A stretch of DNA of 27,207 nt from IMG/VR virus record IMGVR_UViG_3300048850_000107, positions 1 to 27,207 of that record; one strand, 5' to 3'. This stretch comes from a virus. Lineage: Duplodnaviria > Caudoviricetes. The notes under the pieces were generated by a model. That model searched no databases and was not told the DNA's origin. It saw only the letters and a list, made by a program, of their open reading frames with translations. This document shows positions 17,532-25,925 of the stretch, piece after piece. A program made the translations under genes and the position numbers. Each line of letters opens with the position of its first letter. The first letter of the stretch is position 1.

Positions 17532-18122
17532 TCAGCGCGAAACCTGTCCCCATTCCTCGGGGATGGTCGCATTCGTTGCCACGTGCTCGAGGCCCGTGTC
17601 GGTCGGACTGTTGTCGAACTGCTGTTCGGCCTGCGAGCGCTTGACGCCGGTTGAGCCTCTCGCCGAGCGTCCCGGCGGCTGCAGGTCGATCATCATCGTC
17701 AGCGTTCGCTCGGAACCCGAGACGGCGCCTTCGTTGTAACGAACCTGATCGATCTCGTAGATGGTCGACACCAGCACCCCGACGACAGTGCTGGAATTCG
17801 GCGCACCGGCAAGCGAGGTGATGATGACAGGCGCGTTCTGGTAGTTGAACTCCTCGATCCGCGCGACCGCGTCCTCAGGATCGGTCACCGGTATGTTGGA
17901 GAACACGATGGTGCGCGTGGTCACGGTCACCCCGACGGCGCTCACCAGGTCGCCGGGCTGAAGGTACCGGTTCGGCAGGTACACCAGGCCGTTATAAGTG
18001 AACTTGCGACCGCCGCGGTGATAGCCGACCGTCTTGCCGGGCAGGTCGCAGCGGATGATATCGAGGATGGCGAGTTCGCCGCTCTCGACCAGGTCCTCGA
18101 CCTCGGGAGAAAGCACCGTCAT
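17532..18122 (-). CDS. Tail tip/hub protein (lambda L position), ~196 aa
   Basis: ATG 18122 overlaps the upstream stop (ATGA). It ends RSQAEQQ..PTDTGLEHV..WG, typical of alphaproteobacterial tail-tip proteins. Confidence 0.75.
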   Translation of the reverse strand: MTVLSPEVEDLVESGELAILDIIRCDLPGKTVGYHRGGRKFTYNGLVYLPNRYLQPGDLVSAVGVTVTTRTIVFSNIPVTDPEDAVARIEEFNYQNAPVIITSLAGAPNSSTVVGVLVSTIYEIDQVRYNEGAVSGSERTLTMMIDLQPPGRSARGSTGVKRSQAEQQFDNSPTDTGLEHVATNATIPEEWGQVSR

Positions 18123-18769
18123 GAGAAGAACAACTCCGTAGCCGTAAATTGTGCCGTATAGTTCGGCCAGGTTTTCACAAGGCTGAAGCTGCCCGCATCC
18201 ATCTCCATGATGCAGGACGGCTTCTCGAAATGGACGGTGCATGGCAGGGTGAAGACCTGCGTGTTAAGCGCGAAGCGGACCTTCAGGGTCACCACGCCGG
18301 CCGCACTTGCCGTCGCGGCTTGCGTAATCCGATGCAGCGATCGCACGAAGGTCGATTTCCGGACCTCGACATAATCGCCGCGCCCCAGCTTGAACCCGGC
18401 CGGCAGTCCCGAAACGACGATCGTGTTGCCGTCGGTGATCGACTGCAGCACCGCGTCCCCATTGAAAGCACCTCCGCCAGCCTTCACGCCTGAAAGGGGA
18501 TTGCTGCCCTGGTATGCTATCGGCCGCGGTCGGTGCGCATCGTAGCCGGCAATAACACCGCCGTCGTTTGCATCCATATTGAAGGCGTCGAACAGCGCCG
18601 CCTCGACCGTCGTCAACTTCGACGCCGAATAGGAGGCGATCCAGTAGGGCGTGCCGGAATAGGCCGTCTCGGTGCGGCGGCCTTCCATCCGGTTTGTATC
18701 GCGGATGCGCACCGGGTCGAAACTGACCTGGCCGTAGACCACGCTCGGAAGAGAAATCAGGTATGCCAT
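18119..18769 (-). CDS. Distal tail protein-like, 216 aa
   Basis: First minus-strand gene after tape measure; GAGG RBS; beta-rich. Confidence 0.72.
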   Translation of the reverse strand: MAYLISLPSVVYGQVSFDPVRIRDTNRMEGRRTETAYSGTPYWIASYSASKLTTVEAALFDAFNMDANDGGVIAGYDAHRPRPIAYQGSNPLSGVKAGGGAFNGDAVLQSITDGNTIVVSGLPAGFKLGRGDYVEVRKSTFVRSLHRITQAATASAAGVVTLKVRFALNTQVFTLPCTVHFEKPSCIMEMDAGSFSLVKTWPNYTAQFTATELFFS

Positions 18770-18810
18770 GACGTCATTCGCCTCAGATCAGGAGTTGTAC
18801 TGTCGAAATC

Positions 18811-18839
18811 TTGCAAGCCATTGGCGGTTGAGCTACCGT
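18811..18839 (+). promoter_or_regulatory. Possible sigma70 promoter for the counter-oriented moron
   Basis: TTGCAA-N17-TACCGT about 30 nt upstream of ATG 18870. Confidence 0.3.
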
Positions 18840-18869
18840 CCCGAGCGCAATTTAGTCATGAGGCCGAAC

Positions 18870-19154
18870 ATGAAACTGCAGTCCATCGTTATCGAAAAGT
18901 TCTTGCCCACCGTGGATCAGAACGTAATCAATGCATTTTTCAGCCTTGCCTATGCGGACCCCGACTTCGATGGCCCATACTTTCAGAAGGTGACGGTTGG
19001 TGTCCGGTACTATGGCGACATTTCCGTCAACGAGTTGCGGGAGCGCGCGCTGAATAAGCTGCATCGCGTGCTCGGAATGTCAGTTCCCGCGCCCGAACAC
19101 CTGCAGGCGCTGCTCGGTCAGGATCACTTTGGATCGCCGCCCGCCGTCCAATAG
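18870..19154 (+). CDS. Hypothetical protein, ~94 aa, counter-oriented moron
   Basis: GAGG RBS before ATG 18870. It fills the lower-GC gap between tape measure and the distal tail gene and overlaps the tape measure 3' end by 31 nt. Confidence 0.6.
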   Translation: MKLQSIVIEKFLPTVDQNVINAFFSLAYADPDFDGPYFQKVTVGVRYYGDISVNELRERALNKLHRVLGMSVPAPEHLQALLGQDHFGSPPAVQ

Positions 19155-20995
19155 TCCTCGCGGGCGCGGTTGTTGCTTTCAATGACGCGAACGGTCTGAT
19201 CGCCAGCCTGTTCAAGAATGCTGGCGATCAGATCCTTGCTCAGGTGCAACTCGATCACCGTGCGCCCGCTTTCCCCGCCTCCGTCGCCCGACGCGCCTGG
19301 TACCTTGCTGGGAGCAATGATCCGGCCGTGGCTGGTCGGTGCAAAGAACTCGTCCTCGTATTCGTTGACGCGGTAGATGCGACCTGGCGAAACATCGCCA
19401 CCGCCGGCACGCGCCCCGCCATATCCGAGAAAACCGCCGAGGGTCGTGGTCGGCACGAAGTTGGAACCGAGACCGCCTCCACCCCCGAAAATCTCGCTGA
19501 AGAGTGAACCGAAGAGCCCCTTCCCGTTCGTCTGGACATTGATGATTTCGGACAGCAGCGCCGCGATCGCTTCCTTCGCGTCAAAGCTGCCGTCGACGAT
19601 GCGCATCAGCTGATCGTCGAGGACCTGGCCCATGCGTTCCGCTGCCTCCTCGCTGCGCTCATACTGCTCTGCGAGCGCCTCCTCGGCCGCGAGCTGACGA
19701 TATTTCTCGTCGATGAGTGCAGAGATCTGCTGGCCTTCCTTCGAGGTCGCCTCAACGCCCGCCTCGCGGAGCGCAATCGTGCGCTCCCGCTCGATGTCGG
19801 TGAGGCCGATGATCGCCAGTTCCTCGCGCAGCGACGCGATCACGTCGTCGATCGCCTTCTTTTCCTTTTCCGCTTCAGAGATTTTCTTCGACCGGCCGCC
19901 GCCTTTTTCCTCCGTAGGGATCGGGGCCCACGTCCGCTCGGCAGGACGGTTCATTGGCTTAAGACGGCCGTTCAGGATGTCGACGATCTTCGCCTCTTCT
20001 TCCGCGAGTTTCCGGCTCTCTTCCTTCAGAGCCTCAATCTGCCCAGTGTAGCCGGCAAGGTTGGCGTTCTTGCTGTTCTCAAAACCAAGTTTCCTTGCGA
20101 CGTCGGAGAGCTTTTCGTCCTGTCGAGCCTGCGCCTCCTTCTTCTTGAGAATTTCATTCTCGATCTCGAGCCGCCGCTCCCCGATTTCAGCTTGCCTGCC
20201 CTGAAGAGTGCTGTTCATCTGGTTTTGGAAATCGCGAAAACCGTCGATGAATTCCGCCAAGCTGTCGGCCGCTGAGACGATGGCGGATTTCAACTTCGTG
20301 CCGACTGTCGTCGCTAGAGCATTGAACTTGCGGTCGACGTCTGCAGCCTTCTGGATCATCTGCTCGTCGAGAACGATGCCAAGATCGTTCGCGGCCTGGA
20401 TGGTATCGCGGATGCCGGCTTCGCCCGACTCGATCAGCTGCACGAACTGCTCGCCGCCGGCCCCGCCGAAGATTTCGTCCATGATGCGAATCTGCGCCGC
20501 CTTGTCGAGCTCGCCCAAGCGTCCGATGATCTGTGTGAAGAGTTCGGCCGGGTCCTCGAGCTTCCCCTTCAGGTCTTCGGCGGAATAGCCCAGGCGCTGG
20601 AAGGCCTCGGCCGCCGAACCGCCGCCGGTGACGATGAATTCGTCGGCACGGAGGTTCAGCTCCTTGATCCCGTCGGTCAGCGCGTCGACGCCAACACGGT
20701 TCTGCTCGGCCACATACTTGAGCTCCTGGAAGCTCTTGACATCCAGGCCGGCCCGGCGAGCCTCGTCGCCGATCGCGGCAATCGCGCCCGCTGCGTCGCG
20801 TAATGCGGTAACGCTTGCAGCCGAGACAAGTCCGGTTACGAGGCCGGCGCCGCCGGCGACGAGATTTTTGATCCGTCCGAACGAAGCGACGACATCGGTG
20901 GCCGTCGACTTGGAGAGCGCCCGCACCCGAGAAAGCGCAGACTCGAAACCCTTTGCATCGCCCGAGATGGTGACGGGAATATCTGGACGGCTCAT
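19124..20995 (-). CDS. Tail tape measure protein, 623 aa
   Basis: Ala/Glu-rich helical sequence; N-terminal IPVTISGDAKGFESAL; C-terminal GARAGGGDVSPGRIYRVNE..EFFAP; follows the tail chaperones. Confidence 0.88.
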   Translation of the reverse strand: MSRPDIPVTISGDAKGFESALSRVRALSKSTATDVVASFGRIKNLVAGGAGLVTGLVSAASVTALRDAAGAIAAIGDEARRAGLDVKSFQELKYVAEQNRVGVDALTDGIKELNLRADEFIVTGGGSAAEAFQRLGYSAEDLKGKLEDPAELFTQIIGRLGELDKAAQIRIMDEIFGGAGGEQFVQLIESGEAGIRDTIQAANDLGIVLDEQMIQKAADVDRKFNALATTVGTKLKSAIVSAADSLAEFIDGFRDFQNQMNSTLQGRQAEIGERRLEIENEILKKKEAQARQDEKLSDVARKLGFENSKNANLAGYTGQIEALKEESRKLAEEEAKIVDILNGRLKPMNRPAERTWAPIPTEEKGGGRSKKISEAEKEKKAIDDVIASLREELAIIGLTDIERERTIALREAGVEATSKEGQQISALIDEKYRQLAAEEALAEQYERSEEAAERMGQVLDDQLMRIVDGSFDAKEAIAALLSEIINVQTNGKGLFGSLFSEIFGGGGGLGSNFVPTTTLGGFLGYGGARAGGGDVSPGRIYRVNEYEDEFFAPTSHGRIIAPSKVPGASGDGGGESGRTVIELHLSKDLIASILEQAGDQTVRVIESNNRAREDYWTAGGDPK

Positions 20996-21100
20996 TGCGT
21001 ACCTCGAAAACTGAAATTGAGGAGAAACGACGCAGTTACCAGTTGACTCCCACTGGCTTTATGCAACTTTTGCCGCACTGGTAGCATTGGGAGGGAAGTC

Positions 21101-21280
21101 GTGGCCGCCGCCATCTTTTTGTTAGGTATTTTGCAGGTTGTCGGCGGGGTACTTGTCGCTTTCGCAGCGAAGTCTGCCATGCATGAGATTCTCGGCGCCA
21201 TTTCCTTCGGCCTCGGGGTCGTCAGCGCGGCGCTTGGCATCATCATCGCCAAGATCGATGACTACGTGAAATTGCGCTGA
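21101..21280 (+). CDS. Small two-TM membrane protein, 59 aa, counter-oriented moron (not in ORF track)
   Basis: GTG 21101 follows GGGAGGG. It translates MAAAIFLLGILQVVGGVLVAFAAKSAMHEILGAISFGLGVVSAALGIIIAKIDDYVKLR, and TGA 21278-21280 abuts the opposite-strand stop. Confidence 0.75.
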   Translation: MAAAIFLLGILQVVGGVLVAFAAKSAMHEILGAISFGLGVVSAALGIIIAKIDDYVKLR

Positions 21281-21544
21281 TCAACCGCCGATCACCTTCG
21301 CGTTCGGATTGCTCTTGAGCGACGGACGAACGCCATGTTCCGCTGCAATGCGTCGAACCTCCTCGCGCGAAATAAACGGCCCGCCGCGAACATTCCCGGA
21401 AAGCCCCTCCACGGTCATCTCGAATTCCGCCGCCGTCGCTTTCCAAAAGGTCTCCGGCGACCAGCCGAGCATCTTCGGGTTCGTGGCGATACGGTACAGC
21501 GATTTGAGATGATCCTTGATCAGGAGGGGCTTACGGGCTTTCCC
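21281..21544 (-). CDS. Tail assembly chaperone extension (gpT-like), reached by -1 frameshift
   Basis: The -1 frame is open from the GGGAAAG site through ARKPLLIKDHLKSLYRIATNPKMLGWSPETFWKAT..EF to the stop at 21281; LGWSP..FW..T..E is a typical motif. Confidence 0.75.
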   Translation of the reverse strand, partial: GKARKPLLIKDHLKSLYRIATNPKMLGWSPETFWKATAAEFEMTVEGLSGNVRGGPFISREEVRRIAAEHGVRPSLKSNPNAKVIGG

Positions 21545-21921
21545 AGGACTGCGTCTCCCGCGATCTGCGTTGCCGTACGCTCGTCTCGCCGCATTGTCCC
21601 GGCGGCGATGTGCGCAGAAAGTGCCTTCTCGACCGCCTCGCGCCAGGCGAGCTGGTCGGCCGCCGAGATGTTACCATCGTCGAGGATCCTCGCCGATAGC
21701 GCCGAGATCTGATCCTCGTCGTCTGCCACGATCAGGCAGCGAATGGCGCAGGCAACCGCCTTCGGCTCGAAGCCGAGGAGGCGGCCGTAGAGCTCGTCGA
21801 GTGTGCGGGCGCCGATCGCGTCGGACAGACGCGCGAGCCCGGAGAATGTGACGGCAATGCGGAAGTCGATCGAGCCGATGCGAACTTCCGCCTCACCGCG
21901 CAGTGGATTGGCAGGCAGCAT
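21520..21921 (-). CDS. Tail assembly chaperone (gpG-like, GTA gp10-like)
   Basis: ANPLRGEAEV N-terminus; directly after the tail tube gene; slippery site near the 3' end. Confidence 0.82.
   Translation of the reverse strand: MLPANPLRGEAEVRIGSIDFRIAVTFSGLARLSDAIGARTLDELYGRLLGFEPKAVACAIRCLIVADDEDQISALSARILDDGNISAADQLAWREAVEKALSAHIAAGTMRRDERTATQIAGDAVLGKPVSPS
21538..21544 (-). promoter_or_regulatory. Programmed -1 ribosomal frameshift site G GGA AAG
   Basis: Reads CTG GGA AAG in the chaperone frame, five codons before the stop; same heptamer as lambda G-T. Confidence 0.8.
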
Positions 21922-21934
21922 TAAACTTCTCCGG

Positions 21935-22345
21935 TTAGACCGCAGGCACGAAGGTCAGAGCGCCGGTCATGGTGCAGCGGATGTCCGCCTGCAGTTCGTT
22001 GGTCTTGTCGCCCGAGAAGGTCATCGAGACGAGCATATCACCCTCGAAGGTGCCGACGCCGGGCACCGTGACCTGATACTCGGTGATGACCTGGTTGACG
22101 GCATCCGCGGTTACCGCCTTCATCGTGACGGTATCGACGAAGGCGCCCTGCCCGCTGAAACGGATAGACTGGATGCCGTACATCAGCGCCAGCGTGAGCT
22201 TGCTGCCGGGATCGGTGCAGCTCGGCTTGGTAATGTCGATTTCCTCGTTATTGATCTCGAGGGATCGCTGTTCGGTGATGCAGGCCAGGGTGAAGGCGCC
22301 TGCACCGGTCGAGCGGGCAAGCGTAAGCTGACGGCCGAGAGCCAT
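21935..22345 (-). CDS. Major tail tube protein (TP901-1/GTA-like), 136 aa
   Basis: ATG 22345 follows AGAGGA; RSLEINNEEIDIT, GIQSIRFSGQGAF and VPGVGTFEG motifs. Confidence 0.88.
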   Translation of the reverse strand: MALGRQLTLARSTGAGAFTLACITEQRSLEINNEEIDITKPSCTDPGSKLTLALMYGIQSIRFSGQGAFVDTVTMKAVTADAVNQVITEYQVTVPGVGTFEGDMLVSMTFSGDKTNELQADIRCTMTGALTFVPAV

Positions 22346-22380
22346 GGCAAAGTCCTCTTTTGATGGTGAGAGTGGTGGCG

Positions 22381-22845
22381 CTACAGCGCAGCCTGTTCCG
22401 GATTGGCGGCGAGCGTCTTGTAGGCGATCTGATAGTTGAGCGAACCGGCAAGCAGGGAGATGCCGGTTTGCGGGTTGACGAAATACTGCTCGGTCTGCAG
22501 CAGGGCTTCGATGGCAAGGCCGCCGAAGGTGATGTCCGAGGCCATCGCGGCCTCGATCAGAACGCAAAGCCGGTCGAATTCCTCTTCCGGCTCATCGTCC
22601 CGCAGGTGCACGACGATCGAGAGCGGCAGGGACCGGTCGTAGCCGTCCTCGCCGGCAGGCCCCGATGAGGGCCGGACCGTCAACGTCTCCGATCTGTCGG
22701 CCCAGGTGACCGTCAGTGCCGGCAGCTTCTCCTGCGGGATCGCGCCCTTGCGGCCGCGCTTCACCTTGTCCGCACCGGAGAACTCCGGAATGGCGGAGAG
22801 GCGCGCGACGACAGCCGCGACAATCTGGCTGCGGAGATGCGACAT
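22381..22845 (-). CDS. Tail terminator (lambda U-like), 154 aa
   Basis: ATG 22845 overlaps the upstream stop; MSHLRSQIVAAVVARL..EKLPALTV; immediately before the tail tube gene. Confidence 0.75.
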   Translation of the reverse strand: MSHLRSQIVAAVVARLSAIPEFSGADKVKRGRKGAIPQEKLPALTVTWADRSETLTVRPSSGPAGEDGYDRSLPLSIVVHLRDDEPEEEFDRLCVLIEAAMASDITFGGLAIEALLQTEQYFVNPQTGISLLAGSLNYQIAYKTLAANPEQAAL

Positions 22846-23141
22846 CAGGCGACCGAGCGACCGAGGTCGCGAAGCGCCTGGTTCAGCACCGAGGCGGAAT
22901 AGCCGGCCTCGAGGATCTGGGCGCGGCCCTTGCCGCAGTCCAACTGGCGACCGATGTCGGCGCGAACCGCCGAGCGGAGCCGCGACGGCAATTGCGGCCA
23001 CGGCCGCTGCGTCATGGCGCCAACGGTCTGGCGCGCCGCCTTCTTTTTGGCGCTCTCTTCGGTCGAAAACAGCGTGGCGCAGAGGTCCGCCATCGGATCG
23101 ACCGCGGCGGCCGGAGCCTGCTCCTGTTCCTGTGTTTTCAT
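22845..23141 (-). CDS. Hypothetical phage protein, 98 aa (lambda Z position)
   Basis: GGAG RBS; tightly packed between the head-tail joining and terminator genes. Confidence 0.65.
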   Translation of the reverse strand: MKTQEQEQAPAAAVDPMADLCATLFSTEESAKKKAARQTVGAMTQRPWPQLPSRLRSAVRADIGRQLDCGKGRAQILEAGYSASVLNQALRDLGRSVA

Positions 23142-23143
23142 GG

Positions 23144-23470
23144 TCAGATGTCTCCGGCAAGCGAGATGCGGAGCATGGCACGCGCATCGTCGTCGATGTT
23201 GATGACCTGGTAGGTGACGCCGCCGATCGCCACGCTGTCACGCTGGCTGGCGAGACCTGGCACCGCGGAGGCGGACACGGCAAGCAGATGGGTGGTGCCT
23301 TCGACCGCTTGCTCCTGCTCTTCCGCCAGATCGGTTTCCCGCCACACTCGCAGGATGACCCGCACGGCAGGCCTGGCGACCCCGTCGACCGTGAACACGG
23401 CGTCGGCATTGCCGAAGGCCTTCGCGAACTTCGGCCCCATCCGTTCGAACATGGCGGGGCGCGGCGTCAT
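23144..23470 (-). CDS. Head-tail joining protein (FII-like)
   Basis: 108 aa beta protein ending DSVAIGGVTYQVINIDDD..MLRISL; ATGA overlap with the upstream gene. Confidence 0.78.
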   Translation of the reverse strand: MTPRPAMFERMGPKFAKAFGNADAVFTVDGVARPAVRVILRVWRETDLAEEQEQAVEGTTHLLAVSASAVPGLASQRDSVAIGGVTYQVINIDDDARAMLRISLAGDI

Positions 23471-23865
23471 TTCGGAGCCTTGAGCTTTTCGATCTCGGCC
23501 TGAAGCTTGGTGACTTCTCCGGCGAGCGTCGCATTGTCGGTCTCAAGCTGCTCGTTCTGCTTCAGCAGTGCGTCGCGATCGCCGATTGCGCTGTCACGCT
23601 CCGCGGTCAGCCGGTCATTGTCGGCCGAGAGCTTGTCGTTGTCCGTTGAAAGCTTCTCCAGCGCCTCGCCAAGCTTGTCGAGGTCGATAGAGCCGGGACC
23701 GGCCTTGGCATCGGGACCGGCGGTAAAGGCGCCGAAATTTTTGCGGAAATTATCCGCCTCCTCGGCCGTGATCCCGCCGGTACCGACCGGAACCGGCTCG
23801 CCGGGCGCGTAGGATTTCTTGCCGACCTTGACGGTCACATTGAACTGCTCGGTTTTCTTGCTCAT
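23467..23865 (-). CDS. Phage head-associated coiled-coil protein (FI position), 132 aa
   Basis: AAAGGA RBS; KSYAPGEPV N-terminal domain plus a long heptad coiled coil; follows the capsid gene. Confidence 0.7.
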   Translation of the reverse strand: MSKKTEQFNVTVKVGKKSYAPGEPVPVGTGGITAEEADNFRKNFGAFTAGPDAKAGPGSIDLDKLGEALEKLSTDNDKLSADNDRLTAERDSAIGDRDALLKQNEQLETDNATLAGEVTKLQAEIEKLKAPK

Positions 23866-23887
23866 CGGAGCGTCCTTTCAAATCCCG

Positions 23888-23916
23888 ATATCCGCCGGCT
23901 GGAAACCGGCGGATAT
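23888..23916 (-). terminator. Stem-loop after the major capsid gene (attenuator or mRNA stabiliser)
   Basis: Perfect 11-bp stem ATATCCGCCGG-N7-CCGGCGGATAT without a strong U tract. Confidence 0.5.
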
Positions 23917-23939
23917 GCGGATGAACACGGGGTTGGGGA

Positions 23940-24971
23940 TTAGCGGACCAGCGCGAACAGGCTGGCGTCCGGCTCCGGAGCGATCGGAAGCGGCGCTGCC
24001 TGCGTCTGGACGATGGTTCGGGACGGGTTCCTTTCCTGCCACATGTCCGGGAAGCGCTCCATCGGCAGGAGAGTGGCGTTGTCGAGGATGGCGCCGTAGG
24101 CGAAATGGCCCTGGAAGCCGAAGGGGTCGAAGATCCCGACGCCCATAGACGGCCAGAAGTTGTTGCGCACGCCGCCGACCGTGTAGGGCTGCGAGTACTG
24201 GATGAAGGTCAGTTCGCCGATGGTGCCGAGAACAGCATAGTATTTGTTCTCCGCGCCGGTGCTGACCGGACCCAGCTGCATGATGCCGCCGTCCTGGCGC
24301 CGGTTGTCGAGCGCCTCGAGGAACCGCAGCGACTTTTTCAGGAGACCCGCAGCACCCGGTCCGAGCAGGACCTCGCGGGCGGTAAAGCCGCTGGTATCGG
24401 AGAGGAGCTGCGCCCACGCTTCGATATCGTCCATCGGATCGACGCCGACTTCACCCCAGCGCGCTGCGCCGGCAAGCGCGATCGTCAGCGCGGCATTGCG
24501 GCTGAAGTTGATCGTCTGCGTCGGATAGTCCTCGCCCTCGACGATCACCTGACCGGTGCGCAGGACCTGCGAGCACATGAACTCCTCGCGCCGCGTGATC
24601 CGCTGGTCCTGGTCGTCGATGATCGTCGCCAGATTGTACCCATAGCGCTGCGCCGGCGAGTTGCGTCCGCCGATCGGCTCGCCCGGCATGCGGATCATGT
24701 TGCCGCCGGGGCGAAGCGTATTCTGCGGCTTGACGTAAGCCGGCGTAAAGCTGGTCGCCTTGAAGCCACGGTTGGCCGAGTCCTTGCCCGGCACGTCCGG
24801 GTGGACGAACGGTGCAAGCTCGCGATCCGGGAGGATCTTGTCGAAGACGATCTGTTCCATGTCGGAAAGGACCGTGGTCGAGAAATAGCGATCGCGCAGG
24901 AATGCTTCCGGACGATCGCGAGGCGGCAGAACCGCAACGAGGTCTGCGGTGGAGAGGAGAAGTTCTTCCAT
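23940..24971 (-). CDS. Major capsid protein (lambda E family)
   Basis: 343 aa; FLRDRYF, LAPFVHP, FTPAYVKP, ITRREEFMCSQVLRTG and QTQAAPLP motifs; AAAGGA RBS. Confidence 0.95.
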   Translation of the reverse strand: MEELLLSTADLVAVLPPRDRPEAFLRDRYFSTTVLSDMEQIVFDKILPDRELAPFVHPDVPGKDSANRGFKATSFTPAYVKPQNTLRPGGNMIRMPGEPIGGRNSPAQRYGYNLATIIDDQDQRITRREEFMCSQVLRTGQVIVEGEDYPTQTINFSRNAALTIALAGAARWGEVGVDPMDDIEAWAQLLSDTSGFTAREVLLGPGAAGLLKKSLRFLEALDNRRQDGGIMQLGPVSTGAENKYYAVLGTIGELTFIQYSQPYTVGGVRNNFWPSMGVGIFDPFGFQGHFAYGAILDNATLLPMERFPDMWQERNPSRTIVQTQAAPLPIAPEPDASLFALVR

Positions 24972-24998
24972 GTGTGTGGTGTCCTTTCGGTCTCGGGC

Positions 24999-25355
24999 TT
25001 ACTTCAGGACGCGCACGTAGAGGGGAGCGCCTGCCTTGCGGAAAGCGGCCTCGACGGTAGCGGCCGTGTGTCCGGCGCCCAGAATGAGTTTCGTCGAATC
25101 GAAGGCGCCGCTCGCGTAAGCCGCGGCAACGACATCGCCGCCGGATGCATCGCAGTCGGTCGCCAGCACCAGAGCTGCCGTCTGCGACCCGTCAGCGGCG
25201 GCCGAAGCGGACAGGGTGTATTTGTCCGATGCCGTGATGTTGCCGAGGACGGCACCGCGCTTGAGGTTCTGGCCGCTGACGACGGTGATGTTGCGGGTGA
25301 TGACCGGCACGTCGGAAACGAGCAGGTCGTTCGGGGCGAAGGTGGCTTCTCCCAT
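24999..25355 (-). CDS. Head decoration protein (lambda D-like)
   Basis: 118 aa; SGQNLKRGAVLG and ADGSQTAALVLA..D motifs; directly before the capsid gene. Confidence 0.9.
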   Translation of the reverse strand: MGEATFAPNDLLVSDVPVITRNITVVSGQNLKRGAVLGNITASDKYTLSASAAADGSQTAALVLATDCDASGGDVVAAAYASGAFDSTKLILGAGHTAATVEAAFRKAGAPLYVRVLK

Positions 25356-25357
25356 GA

Positions 25358-25900
25358 TCAGGAATCCTTCCGGTTACGGCCGTGACGGGCCAGGATGGTG
25401 GAGCGGACGGTGGAGATGACCGCCTGTTTTTCGGTGGCCTTGCCGCCGCCCGGTGTGCCGGCGCCGAGCGTCGGGCTCTTTCCGGCCATGCGACCGGCAA
25501 GGCGCGAGCCGCCGGCGGAAGCGGAGGAGAGAAGCGCTCCCGCTTCCTTGGCCGAATAGAACCTCGAGCCGAAGGCAAGCTCCGCTGCGAGGCCCGGATT
25601 ACCCTCGGCCTTCGGGTGGGTGAGGATCGAGCGGATGCGACCCTGCTCCGCGCGGCGAATTGCGCTAGCCGAGGTCTTGCCCTCGCCGGTCTCTTCTTCC
25701 TCGGCCTCGGCGCTGGTGTCCTCTTCCTCGGTCTCGCTCTCCGGATCGGAGGGAGTATCCTCGGCGGAGGTCTCCTCCTCTTCGGTTTCGATCACTTCTT
25801 CGTCTTCCGGCCGCTCGTCTTCCAGCCGGGAGCCCTTCTTGCCGCTGATTGCGGCAAGCACGCTCCGCGTGAGCGCGTTGCTACGCGTCAAGTTCGACAT
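25358..25900 (-). CDS. Capsid scaffold protein (Nu3-like)
   Basis: Acidic linker then AEQGRIRSILTHPKAEG..LAAELAF, resembling the lambda C/Nu3 C-terminal region; GGAG RBS. Confidence 0.72.
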   Translation of the reverse strand: MSNLTRSNALTRSVLAAISGKKGSRLEDERPEDEEVIETEEEETSAEDTPSDPESETEEEDTSAEAEEEETGEGKTSASAIRRAEQGRIRSILTHPKAEGNPGLAAELAFGSRFYSAKEAGALLSSASAGGSRLAGRMAGKSPTLGAGTPGGGKATEKQAVISTVRSTILARHGRNRKDS

Positions 25901-25925
25901 CGTCGTCTCCAGTTGATGTTTGGGG

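Noticed and set aside
20992-21252. 86-aa minus-strand ORF
   Set aside because: It is the antisense shadow of the better-supported 59-aa membrane gene at 21101-21280.
17105-22345. Gene transfer agent cluster
   Set aside because: Some tail genes are GTA-like, but the head is lambda B/C/D/E type and the element has an att site, morons and a linked lysis cassette.
22381-23409. 342-aa ORF as a single gene
   Set aside because: The upstream part overlaps two real genes in other frames; the true start is the coupled ATG at 22845.
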